This document shows, in pieces, positions 1 to 12,057 of a stretch of DNA of 64,000 nucleotides; position 1 is the stretch's first letter; each line of letters opens with the position of its first letter. This DNA is from Amphiscolops sp. MND2022 (taxonomy: Eukaryota), in contig OZ076409.1 in assembly GCA_964187785.1 (NCBI GenBank), positions 49,974,001 to 50,038,000 on the forward strand, in the 5' to 3' direction. The position numbers were made by a program, and so were the translations under genes. The notes below the pieces were generated by a model. It saw nothing but the letters and a program-made list of their open reading frames with translations, ran no database searches and was not told the origin of the DNA.

Positions 1-627
1 ATTAACGTACCCTACCAGTCGAACCAGAGTGACTCTGAATATGCGGTGAAGCAGTGAAACGAACAAAGTCTCGCACAAAGTCCCACACTGAGATCAGCTC
101 GCGAACGACACCTCGGAGGGCACCAAAGCTGACGTGGCCAGCGACGACGCAGCGACAAAACTGCGGAGTGTCCTCAATCCAAAGCTGTTGGAGTGCACTC
201 TTCAAGCGAAGCATCAGAAACTCCCACCATTGTGACGACTTCCAACATGCCAGAAACCTTTTCGTGAGCCTGACGATAAAATTCCAAAAAGGTATTGGCT
301 GTGAATTCTTGGCAGAACACAAACTGACTGGGAACCAGACTACAGACACCGCGAGATAGCCCAGCAAACTCAGCAGTGGGTACTTGCTGCCCCAGTGGTT
401 CAACCCAAACACAGATTTCGAGCAGAGCATTGTCCTCCCATGTCTTCAGTATGCAGAACTGACCAGCTGAGTGGTCCTCGAAACAGACTGAATACTGTCC
501 AAATCGAGGAAATCGTGAAAATACAACCCGAAGAATACGAGGGTACAAAGCGCGACACAACGACTCCAACAAACAATAAAAACTGAAGAAAGAAGGAGAA
601 GGAAAAGAGGACGTTGGGAAAGAAAGG

Positions 628-1103
628 AACAAGACGGGAACGTCTCAAGTCGGCGCTAAATCGAAGGCTCAAAAAGCGCAAAACATTTTTTTGGAAAAAA
701 CTTGAATTTTTCGAAAAAAAATCTTTCGGAAAATGTCGCACAGTGCCAAAAAATGTAAAAGGGGGACCCTTTTTGATTTATAAACACGCATTCTGTAGCA
801 AAAAAAAACAAAAAACTCAAAGGGGGGACCCTTTGGGGACATTAAAAAAATTTCGAAAAAAAGTCTCACAGCGCCGAAAAAAAATCGAAAGGAGGGGGGG
901 AAACTTTAGTCCCGTCCGGGCTCGTATGTAACGTTTAAAAAGTAAATGAATGCGCTCCCCGTTTGCCTTTAGCGGTCCAGTAGTTTAGTACTTATTTAGT
1001 AGTTGAACGTTAATTTTAACGTTCGTCGCTTCGAGTCTGTCTTAAAAAAAACGAGTGACTGTAATAGTCGGGCTTTTTTCTTAAGAAAAACGCCGACCAA
1101 AAA
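628..1103 (-). mobile_element. Helentron-associated non-autonomous element (HINE/DINE-1-like)
   Basis: Subterminal inverted repeat AGTCGGCGC, partial inverted repeat at one end, short terminal stem-loop at the other, T-rich ends. Related copies lie at 26460, 28862, 42264 and 55464. Confidence 0.7.
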
Positions 1104-1561
1104 CGACTATTAATCAACGGAATCAAAATAACATACTAACCAGAGTTTCAGTCCGATCCAAATTCAACGGGTACAAGGGGTTCTCACGACCCAAGATGGC
1201 TCGAAAACACCCCCACATTTTGCGCAGAAGGAGTTAATTGCCTCGGACCTGCAAAAACTCCACAATATTATTCACCATAGTCAGAATCGGCACAGTAGAA
1301 TCAGGCAGGAAGGTAGTAAGTCTTAAGGGAAACTGAACCCGTCTGATTTATCCTTGAAGGGTTTTGCAAGGTAGTCCTCCCTCTGAGAGTCACTCAGTTC
1401 CATTGGGTCCATTAGCTTGTTGAATACGGGCAACCCACAGTGAACCCTGCATGAAACGTCTGCACCCCAATGACCGACGCTCCCAAAATGGCGACCAAAC
1501 TCCCGTGGGCCCCGCGACTCCATTGAAACATCTCGATGACAGATAGTGCAGAAGAGCCTAG

Positions 1562-2106
1562 TCTACACCCTAGCCATCAGAGCTTCAAAGCCTATAACGA
1601 ATATAACACTTAGAGTTAAATACTATGCGATGACGATACCGCCCCTTCCTCAACAAAAAACCAACGCTATTTGACCCAAATGACAACATTCTTAACAACA
1701 AAACTACTTACCAGCAAACAAATGGATCAACGATCCCAACAGACAATCTGGTTGCAGAATGCCTCACAGCAGCTTCGCTCTGAGACGTCGCAGAGGCGCC
1801 ACCAGCTTGCACATCTTCCACTTCATGCACAGCATCATCGCCGCTATCGAGGATCTTGTCATATGCGCCAGTCTGCCGACGCTTTTCCCCAGCAACATCC
1901 TCTTCTGGACTGTGGAACGACACTAAAACAGCAAACAAATCAAATACACAAAAGAAAACCTCTTTCTCTCGCAATCAAGGATATCAACCACCAAGCAAAT
2001 AACATTACACTTAGTGTGAGTCCACCCACCACATATAAACGCAAAGACAGTACGAAACCGGCCACCTACCACGTCTTGCGGCACGAGAGTCGCTCAATCG
2101 TTTACA
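1562..2106 (-). mobile_element. Unclassified insertion (possible LTR fragment) splitting the zinc-finger region of copy A
   Basis: Separates TTFLPGYSE (about 2110-2140) from RLFCTIC (about 1540-1560). It starts TGTAAAC on the minus strand. No TSD was found. Confidence 0.5.
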
Positions 2107-2819
2107 AATTTCGGAGTATCCTGGCAAGAAAGTCGTGAACTGCGGAGACCTCACAGTGTGTACCCCACCACTTGTCTTACGAGCTGCAGAGCCTGATTGC
2201 CCCCTTTTATTTTCTTCTGGGGGCGAATCTTCTCACCTTCGCGATATGAAAAACCAGAAACCGCAACATCGCAGCCTGAAGTTGTCGCAAGAACCGCGGG
2301 GGCAGCAGAAGCACCAGTTGTAGATGCAGCAGGACGAGCTACAGGCAGAAGAGAAGACAGAGGAGCGTCAAGCCCCTCAGGATCAGAGTAAGGAGAATGA
2401 GGAGTTGGAGGTTTTGGCGAAGGAGCCCCTCCGGGCACAGGGACAAACGACTCCGTGGTAACAGTATGCAATGGTGCAGACACTCCACCAGAGGGGGAAC
2501 AAACTGGACGAGTGACAAAAAACACTTTTCGGAGTCGACGCGTCAGAAAATCTAGACTGTGAAGATACAAACGCAAAAAAGGCCTATTTGTGTAGAGTAT
2601 AATTCATAAAAGTCTAATGGATCAAGGAATGATGAATTAACCAATATCTGGTGGAGCATTAAGAAAGTCAGCGTCACTCTGACACACATCAGTTTCAGAA
2701 AAGACGTACTGCGTATCATTGCCACTCTGAGCACCAGGATCAACTTGAGATGAAATTGGATCGAGATCCATTACAGCAAGAAATCTGAAAACAAAACCCG
2801 AAGATAAGAACAACAATCG

Positions 2820-3120
2820 TCGTTTACGTCATCAAAACGGTGACAAAACTTAAAGTTGGCTAACTACCAACGAAATTGACGTCGGCAAAACGTCGACAAA
2901 AAAGTTATCAGGGTTAAGGATTTAATCCTATAATTTATAATGACGTCATCAAAACGGTGACAAATTCAAAATTTTGCTAAAACTAACGAAATTGACGTCA
3001 GCAAAACGTTGACAAATTTGGTCAAACGAATTATTTAATTGGCAGCCAATAAAAACGCGACGTTGGCATAACGTCAACACCTCACATTAAAAAGGATTAA
3101 AACGATTGGTTAACCAATCA
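2820..3120. promoter_or_regulatory. Putative internal promoter: duplicated unit of about 118 bp with CRE (TGACGTCA) sites and CCAAT boxes
   Basis: TGACGTCA at 2941-2948 and 2993-3000, near matches at about 2824 and 2877, CCAAT/ATTGG at about 3046, 3105 and 3114. Confidence 0.45.
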
Positions 3121-4770
3121 GAACGGAGAGATTTATCCCAACATTCTCCTTAACCCTAAATTAATCCTAAAGCCATTGTGGAACAATCGATTACATCAGT
3201 CAGTCACTGAAGCAACGTCAAAAAGATGAACAATTTGAAGAGAGTGTACGAGCTTATTGACATATCGTCAAAAAGTGAAGAGGAGAGAACTATGGAAAGA
3301 GCTTCCACCTCCCTCCCTAGAAACACTCAACCCAACTTCAGAGTAATACTAGAAATCTCAAATTCTTCAGCCGTTGCGGACGAGGAAGAATACTTTGACA
3401 TCTCTGCAGACACTTTGGAGGCAAATTGTAAGAGAAGGCGACTATACTCAACTTTCGAATCTCTGCAATCTGGAGAGCTCCCCAGCATTTCCTCAAAATC
3501 AGCATATAACGAAATGAGAGAAAGCCCTGAGAGCCTTTCGAGCAAACGGAAGATTATAAAGAAGGGTTCATAGTCGAAAGTCACAAAATACCGAGCCCCC
3601 AGTCGATAATGAGTTGCATGATCACCGAGTATCTGGAGCAGGTCCATAGGTGAGTAGACAATGTTTCTCTTTTTAAATTCCTCCGGGCATCCCCAAGAAA
3701 ATATTTTCCGACCAGTGAGCCCCCTGAATGACCTTGAAGAAGAACTTAGCAAGAACCTAAACCAAGAAAACTAGCAACGTAGCAGATATCAGAATGAAAT
3801 TGGTCCCATTGACGTTCAGGCCTCGTCAAACCGGGAGAGCTGTTCTACCCAGAAGAGTGGTCCTGTCACAACCCGCGCCCGGTTTGGGATGTTCATGCAG
3901 ACGTATTGCAATCGGAAGAGGACACGGCTGTAGTCTACGTTTCCCAAAATGGTAACCAATTTATTGACTTTAAATCACTTAAAATCTTTTCCAAAATAAA
4001 CTGTGACAGAAAATGTAAAATGTACGCCAACCTTGCGCAAGCTCCAAATGAAAATGAGCTCAAATGATTTCACGCATTTCCAGTAAGACGCTTTTGTCAC
4101 GTCAGAATAGAAGCCTTCACCACCTGAAAACTAAATAAAAATGCGTCTTAGGATAAAATATCATAGACTAATCTAAATGAAAATATATAACCAAAACTCT
4201 CTCCAAGAAGGAACACCAATCAGTCCTAAAACAGAATTCACATTGAGATAGCACACCGAAAAGATCGCGCCTTCTCTAAGAAAAGGCAGGCTAATTACAT
4301 TTTGAACAGCAATTAATGTGAATGAGGACGGTATCTCGTCGCTAAGTAAACAATTATGGCAATACATGCAAATATTACTATACCTGCGACGTCATCAAAG
4401 CTCTGCTAACTAGTCGTCTAACTAAAAGTATTCCAAATTACTCGTCGGTGTGACGTCACTAACTTGGTAGCTAGTCAAAATTTCATTCCAAATCCTGGTC
4501 AACACTGCGTCACAAATCTATCAAAACAGTTGTTTTAGTCCATCCAAAATAATGAAATTAATGCTTCATTGTTGTTGTAATAATTTTGGTGCAAGGAAAT
4601 CGCTTAAATTACGCTTAACTAAGTTAGTGTAATTGTAAAAGGGCATTTAAGATACATCTACTTGTCAGATTACGGATTTCGTCAATTCAGATGATTGCGT
4701 TGAAGCCTAATTTGGATGAAAACGTTTCCATATTATTTAAAAAGAAAGTCACATTTTCTTCTAAAAGACG

Positions 4771-6063
4771 TGTTACGAGTATGTGTTTGTAACGTTCGCT
4801 GTAAACTTCTATTACTATGTTGTACCAATTGATGATGACTCGACGTTTTTAAAAGAACCAGATGCCGTGGATTAAGGAAAATGATACCTTGGTAATGAAA
4901 CTATATTTTTCCTATGATGTGTTTGTATCTCATTTTGCTACGACTATTTGTAAGCCCATCCCAACTGTCCATTGAGAAATTTATTCAAGTATTTTATCAT
5001 CTGAAGTTGATAATATTGTTTGCTGTTTCTTTTTCGTTGATTTAGCCTAAGGTCGTTGACATGTCGGACCATAATTACATTAGTTGTGCTAATTTAGACA
5101 TAAAGATTATGTATGATAATCTATCTAATTAACAGCTTCCATCAAATTACTAGTCTATCTTATTCTCCTAGCATCTCCGAATATTTCAAGCAAAACAGAA
5201 TTAGTCATAATTTTCTTCAAGTCAAAATTCAAGTTGAAGCGCTAGTTGTTCACGTCAGCGTCATCTTCGCGTCGATTTTCCTACGAACCAAAGCAGTAAA
5301 ACAGGGAAACTTCCGGTTTGACAGACTGGAGTAATAACTACTTCCTGCTTGGGAGGAAACAAAAGGAATGAAATGATATGAACATGGTTGATGACTAATG
5401 TTAGATTGGAGTTACCGAGTCTTGAAATTTGGCGAGGTGTTGACGCAATTTCGGGATCGTGATGATTTTTTCATCGTAAAAACAGGAAATGACTAATTGT
5501 CCGAGGAAACGTAGGGCTTTAGTTGTGATCAAATGATGCTAGGAGGGTATCAATACGATGATTTTTCATAAAGGAGGGACTCAATTTCTCAATTCTCAGC
5601 TTAATTCTCAACTTTGTTGGAAAACACAGTTCGAAAATGAAATTTAAAATTCAATCTCTTCATTCATAATGTCGACTAGAAGAAGCCAAAAGAGGAAGAA
5701 TAACCAACAGGAGAACATCGAAAGTGTAAGTGAAGGTCTAGTTTCACCAATAGTAGTAGAAGGCTTTGTTTCCCGGAGCAGGACGTAACCATTGTGGGTC
5801 CTTCAAGACCAAAATCTCATAGGATCGAAAATAGCCTCCTTGAGAGTTTGAGGGCTTCTTTAAAAGAGGAAATAACCTCAGAAATTAGGAGTCTTCTCAT
5901 AGAGTCCCAGAAGGAAATGTTGAAACTGTTAAAACCTAAAACAGGAGAGAACATGAGAGAAAACACTGAAGAAGAAACGGAAAATGAAACTAGGAGCTTC
6001 TATACCCCTACGAAATCAGAGTTAATTCAAACCAAAACAATGACCCTAACGCGAGTCGTAACT
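4771..6063 (+). repeat. LTR (3' LTR of E0) containing the gag N-terminal ORF (ATG 5669, MSTRRSQKRK..LLIESQKEMLKL)
   Basis: Inverted termini TGTTACGAGT...AGTCGTAAC. The ORF is homologous to the LTR ORFs at 10307, 21559 and 39907. Confidence 0.75.
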
Positions 6064-6694
6064 GAACCCATTTTGTTTTGTATATCTGTAGCTGATTGCA
6101 GAGGTTATGGATCTATTGATCTGAGAACACCTGTTAAAAATTCATAATTATTTTCGAACAATATAAACTAAGCAACAAAACACTTTCGTTTGATAATATA
6201 CGATCAAATGCGCCTTCTCATCATTACGCCTGATTCGGCCACTTGCCTTTTCTCGCCATACGTTAAGCGGCGCTTGGCCGGAGAAGGCTTATTTAGCACA
6301 ATGAACTAGCGCTGCAAATGAGAGAAATGGAATAAAGCACGAGTAAAACCGCCTTTTCATTGGCTCAGAAGTCGACTGCAAATTGGGCAGGCTGGCAGGC
6401 GAACGCGAATATTTATTGTTTTGACTTTAAGTTGTTCCTCTAGTTCCTTAGTCAAGGGGGATGGTTCCTGTGAAGGCCTGTGGTAGTTATAGGATACCGA
6501 GTACCAGTTCCCTCACAGGCGGCAGCCTAGCAAACTCTTACTGAACTTGACAGACATCCATGCATCCATGGTCACGTTCAAATTGTAATATCTCGCCGAC
6601 ACAATCCACACCGGGGCGGACTGTGATACACAGCTTGACTGCTTCTACATTTTATAGTAGAACAACTTTTTCGAGGAGTAGATGAAAAGCATAC

Positions 6695-6904
6695 CTTTAC
6701 AGAACTGATCAAAAGTCAGCAGACTGATGGAAGTGACGTTGGAATTGGGAATGTAGATTGTAGCAAGTGCCATGTCAGCAGCCTCTGAAACGTAGCAAGT
6801 TGTGTAATGTGCACTTTGAAGTCCGTCGAAGGCTTTGTCGATGGTTGATTCGGTGTAATACGGTGGGTCAGCATCAATTCTGATTGGTTCTATGCCTTTA
6901 GGAA
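6695..6904 (-). CDS. Host exon: N-terminal half of an F-type lectin / F5-8-like beta-sandwich domain
   Basis: Acceptor tttttcag, donor G|GTATGC, phase 1-1, open frame PKGIEPIRIDADPPYYTESTIDKAFDGLQSAHYTTCYVSE..VTSISLLTFDQ. It resembles the exon at 47533-47754. Confidence 0.7.
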
Positions 6905-7512
6905 CTGAAAAATAGCAACCATTACAAAGCTTTTACTGATTTTTTTTGATATCATGACCGCCGTTTTCGTCTCATTTTTTTCTGAATTGTTTTTGGAAAT
7001 TTAATCGTAGCATCGTTATCAATAAATTGCTATTGAATGAAGCAATGAATGACAACCAAAATTTCATAACTTCTGTGTTAGAAATGAAAGTTTCGAACAT
7101 GTTTTTGAGTTATTCCAAACAAAAGTCTCTCGTTTTTGTTCAGATTTCTTGTTTTCTTTTCTATATCATAAGTCATTTTTCCGTTGTGAACATTATCATG
7201 CGTGGTACACAACGCCAACCTAGTCCAGAGTTCCGACTCGTTATCACATCGTTTATTTTTGTATTTTACTTCAAGATCAACTACAGTTGACTCAATTTAC
7301 GCTTTCCAATTGTTTCAACTCATGTACCAAAATCATAAAACATTGACTTTTTAAGCCGTTTTCACCCGTTTCTGACAAAAAATCATGTATGAGCATTGCC
7401 TTTTAAGGCCATCATTGACTATGATGCATTAATGTCCCAAATATGGCCACATATCGCTCTATGCAGATGTGAAAATGGAGAAACTTATAATGGAAACACA
7501 TGAATGGACGAC

Positions 7513-7659
7513 CGGTGCTTCTGTTCTCTATTTCTTTGTCTTTGTTGTCATTACTTTCCCTCTCGTTGCAACCGAGTTCGTCACTTTCATCTGTGCAATC
7601 TTTTGATCCATCGCACTTCAGTGATGAGCAAATAAGAATTCCATCTCCACATAGAATTA
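7513..7659 (-). CDS. Host exon: LDL-receptor class A-like module
   Basis: Acceptor tatttttcag, then CGDGILICSSLKCDGSKDCTDESDELGC (CDGxxDCxDxSDE motif). The donor is uncertain (exon end 7555 or 7513). Confidence 0.8.
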
Positions 7660-8758
7660 CTGAAAAATAACGTTTCAAATTTTTAGGTATCATATTGATG
7701 TGTGGATTTTTGGGTTGTCATCTGTCATTCGTTTTTTAACCAGGATTTTTTTCAGCTTCTCGAAGAAATTAAAAGTACAATAATCCAGCTGTCGAAGACA
7801 TTAAACCCTAAAAAAATCGTGAGAAAATCAAGTTAACTATGAGATGTTAGTCAAAACCATGCAAAACCATCGAGGAAAGCAACTTGTTATAAAAAACTTA
7901 TGAAGCGAGATACTGATGAGAGTTCCCTCGCTGGGATATGAGAAATTGTCTTTCAAAGATCGTATAATCTATTCAGTTGAGTATCAGCCTGATTCATACG
8001 AGATGAACAACGTGTGAAAACAAATGAGAAAATAAAGTGAATCATCCTTGACATTCTCGATCCCCCGAGCTGCAGGGAGAAGAAAGGGGAGAATAGAGCA
8101 CCCCCGGGTTTCATGGCCAGGTTGATCATAATCTGATCATATATGGCACTAAACAAATCATACATATTTTTTCCAATGATCTTACCATGATCAATCTGGA
8201 ATCATATATGATTCAGAGTATGGTCAGTTTGCAGCCATACACTTCTATGGTCTAGTCTCAACCATAAATGGTCCAGTCTGGAATCATAATTGGTCCCGAT
8301 TAGGATCAAACTGAAATCATAATTTTTTTGTTCAACACGCGGGTTGACGTGACATACAATTCCAACAAATGTTTTCAAATATTCAGAACCGCCAGCTTTA
8401 TTGGCTGAAAACAATAGAGCCGCATTAGACCTTTTGCATGTGCGAACGATGCTTTCAGGTCAGAACTCCATTAAACTCTTCGCGAAGTGGAGGACAAACT
8501 ATGGTCATTCAATTTGTTCTCAGTCACTCCTTAGTTAATAACTAACACTTTTGTTACAGCAGTGCTCACTCCTCAATGTAATTTCTGATCCTTCGGAGAA
8601 CAATTACCAATAACTCAACAACGGCTACCAGAAATTAATGATTGTGACCTTGTGTTCGGTTTTGTAACTGTATTGGCACTTTGGTTGTGGAATAATTAGT
8701 AATTTCATCAGTGTTTGCAATAATTGACTAGGTTGTTCTAATTTTCTCATCATGGCTC

Positions 8759-9831
8759 TGGCACAGCCCGCTTCCGGCTGTTATCGCTTTGGATGCAGTT
8801 AGAATTAAATTTGCTTTGATGAACTAATTAGAATGATTTTTGTGACGTCATCGAGACAGCTATGCTAGCAATACGTTGTTATTTGGAATGCCTTTTGTGA
8901 CGTCAATAGAACGAAAAATGGAATGATTTTTGAGCTTGCCGTAATACCTCCGTAAACTACCGCTCAGCTATGCCTAATCATAATACGTACGGAGCAGTTA
9001 CGGATCAAATACAGCTAAGCCTAATCTCAATACGTACGGAGCAGTTACGGAGCAAGTTGTGAAATTGTAGTTGTGAAACGATATTTTAGGCTAAATTTGA
9101 AAGGAAGTTTCCAAAGAAACGATGCACTAAGAGAGTTTCAGAAAAGGATTTCATATGAAAAAAACTGCACTGTAAATAAAAATTGTGAAATTGTGCTGGT
9201 ATTTTTATTGTTTTGAGATCATTTTGATATATTAGCCTTAGAATTACGTTCACTTTACGCAACCCACAGATTTTCCATAGAGCAAAGTTGATGATTTCTT
9301 CCCTTAACCATGACCCACAGTTTAACAGACAATTCATAATAACATCCGTTGAGGAAAATATCAAACTGATTTTTACTTTACCGCCGGTTTGACGGTCAAA
9401 CAGGAAATGAAATTGCCTGAACAAAAACGATTTCAACAAATGTTACAAAAAGTTGACGCAACCTAGGAATTTCGATACCTGATTTTGTGACGTGGGACTA
9501 AAATAATATGAATCAACTAGGTGTTGGTGTGAACAAACCCATTTTTATGATAGCTATGACTTTTTAGGTGAGAAACAAAGAATGCTAGGAGAGTATAAAG
9601 GTGTTGGTTTTGTAAATTAAATCATAGGTATTAGTAATCTTTGTTACACTGTTACATTGCTAAAACGATTCTTCTTGAAAAGTTCGAATCTCTTTGAAAC
9701 CTATTGTTTCTTCTCAAAAATGACAGCTCGAAGTCATAAAAGCCTGAAAATACATTCACTGCACCTACATCAACCCCTATGAAAACCCTAAACGACTACT
9801 CAATATAATACTCCGGTAGATAGTCGTAACA
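8759..9831 (+). mobile_element. Solo LTR, same broad family as the E1 LTRs, internally deleted
   Basis: TG..CA ends (TGGCACAGCCCGCTTCCGG..AGTCGTAACA), 5-bp TSD GGCTC at 8754-8758 and 9832-9836, TACGTACGGA repeats, and a residual MTARSHK start at 9720. Confidence 0.9.
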
Positions 9832-9939
9832 GGCTCCAGACTGACCATGCGCTGGGCCACATATGGTCCAGAGCATGGTCAACCTGGAACCATAAGTCGT
9901 TATGGTCCAGAGTATGAACAACCTGTTTTTGTATGGGAG

Positions 9940-12057
9940 TATTACGGTCATTCACCGGTGTAATTTTTAGAATAACCGTATTAGTTCTAGGTTTTACAGG
10001 CGTAGATGTTATAGTTGGCGGAGCGTTTTAGTTTTCAGAGTCAGATTCCTCAGTTAAATTTAATGTAGCATGCTGCTTAGCAACAGCTGTTACTAAATTT
10101 AGCATTTCATTTTGGTTTTCAGCTAGAATTTTGGTGAGATCAGAGAGGATTTTTTTTCTGAGAGTAGATTTCATCTCCTCTAGGTTTTCAGTTTGAACCT
10201 TTGGTGATTTGATCGTTCCTGCTACGGATGTTCCCATTTAGGGGCGTCTCTTGGCTAATTGAGATCAGGTGTTCTACTGCTATCCGTTTCCGGCTTCTGG
10301 TAGTCATTTTTGAAAGAGAAGAAAATTATTCTTTGGGATTTTTAGAAATCTTCAAAGAAAAGATTTCTTATCAACGTAGAGCTTGCGCAACAGCAAATGA
10401 TTCAATAAATCTTCACAAGCGTTCTAAGTATATATACTTTCTCAGAATCATTTGTTCCTTGCCCAAAATTTCCAAGGAATTTCAAAAATCAGTTTTGTTC
10501 ACGAAAAATGCTTAATCATCCTTTTTATTTCAGCTTTTCGATCATTGGTTCAGGTTTTACAATTCCTAGTCACGACTCCCTTACGGAGCATCTGTTGAAA
10601 ACATTTTTGTTCAGCAATCCTACTTCCGGTTTAGTTAGAGAAATGACGGCAAAGTAAAATCTAGTTGAAACTCTACCGAAAGAATCACGCTTGCGTGAAC
10701 AATGATTCAGCGCATTATCAGCAAGAATCATCTTTCGCGTCAAAAGAATGACAAGCATAAAAGTGGTTTCGATAACCTTACGGAAAAATTCCTACTTGAA
10801 ATGCCAAGAAATTTTAGAGCTATTTCATGGAAGGAACAAATGATGCTGGTAAATGGCGTATTGAAGCCGCATTTATATGTTTCATAGCGACAACAAATGA
10901 CAAACATCAATGATAACTACCATTTTTCCTTGCAACAACAATTAACAAGGATCAATGATAACTAACAAATTAGGTATTCAACAAACTAGTCAATCAGCCA
11001 AATTAAGCGTTTCACCAATGAATTTCATGAAAACAACACCTTTTGGGTCTTCAACAATAATTTTCCCAATGTGAGTACTTTCTTGTCTTAACCTACAGCA
11101 CGACTATTCAAATCATTCCTAACAATACAGGAATTAAGCGGAACTTAAAGAGCCTAATATTGTTACTTATTGATTAGTCCGTAATGTTTCCGTACGTAAT
11201 AAGATTGAGTATAGTAGTCTAGATTAGCTTTCGATTTTCACAAACTATTCCGTAGTTGTTCCGTACGTATTAAGATTGACAACGGCTAGCTTAACAATCT
11301 TCATTCTTACAACTTGCTCTTCGTACAAATTAAGGTTGGTTACAATTGAAAGAGTGCAAGCGGCGATGTAGCGGAGCGCGTAGGCGTTCATTCTCTTTCT
11401 CTTATTTGATTGGCCTGGCTATGGTAACATCCTAATAAGAATGAGCTAGCGTCCTATTGGATTGAGCCCAAATAGTTCAACCGAGACTCAATGCTATTGG
11501 TTCGTACAGTTAGAAACTAGATTTACAGTCCCAGTCCAACTCGCGCCCATTACGTTGTTGATAAATATTTAGATTACTAGCTTGCAATCTTAATAGATTT
11601 TGACAGCTACTTCAACCACTATTGTGCCATCTCTATTATGTTTTGGTATTTCTGTTTTAGATTGGACAATGTTATCCGTGGGAATCGCGGATTCAAATTT
11701 TGATCCCCGTTATTCAGGGTGTAAAAAAATTAATTTTGTTTCACTTTTGTTTCCTTTCAATTATTTAGGTCTGTATGGAAAACGGTGTGGACTGAGACCG
11801 GAACTGCAATATTCTAAACATGAAATAACACACCGGAAGTTTTTACCCTGTCAGAAATCACTTTTGAAACTTCACGTAATGCTTCCGTTTTTTGAAAAGT
11901 TTCTTTTGTGTTTTAACGCTTAGTCGTGCTACAGATCAAGTAAAGGTAAGGGATTGTTTATACTCAGTAGATTTTTGATTTGTCATGGCCAACTGCACTT
12001 CGAATTTGGGGATGCCATCATGGCAAGTAAAACACCGAGCGGGAGCGGGTCGTGATG
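9940..12057 (-). repeat. 3' LTR of E1
   Basis: Direct repeat of 21182-23308. It contains the MTTRSRKR.. ORF from 10307 to the LTR end. Confidence 0.9.

Larger units (their letters stand above)
1..2580 (-). pseudogene. Antisense accessory gene, copy A (zinc finger + hAT-transposase-like), intron-containing, truncated by the window edge
   Basis: Translates to a P/S-rich N-terminus, then RLFCTICHRDVSMESRGPREFGRHFGSVGH, LLLRKMWG..RTETL, an intron (1140-564), then SLCRALYPR..GQYSVCFEDH..ILKTWEDN. It aligns to 39555-38400 and has stops, frameshifts and two insertions. Confidence 0.75.
1..6063 (+). mobile_element. 3' portion of Gypsy LTR retrotransposon E0 (antisense accessory gene, internal promoter region, 3' LTR)
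   Basis: Ends in an LTR of the same family as E1/E2b. No TSD flanks that LTR, so it is read as a 3' LTR. The upstream sequence is homologous to the antisense gene of E2b. Confidence 0.7.

Noticed and set aside
6430..6645. Second-half exon following 6695
   Set aside because: The in-phase frame stops after about 35 codons and lacks the CE(V/I)xxYG motif, so no exon could be supported.
9342..12057. The whole 2.7-kb direct repeat as the LTR
   Set aside because: The TG..CA termini and the GGGAG TSD define a 2.1-kb LTR. The extra 600 bp is duplicated flank.
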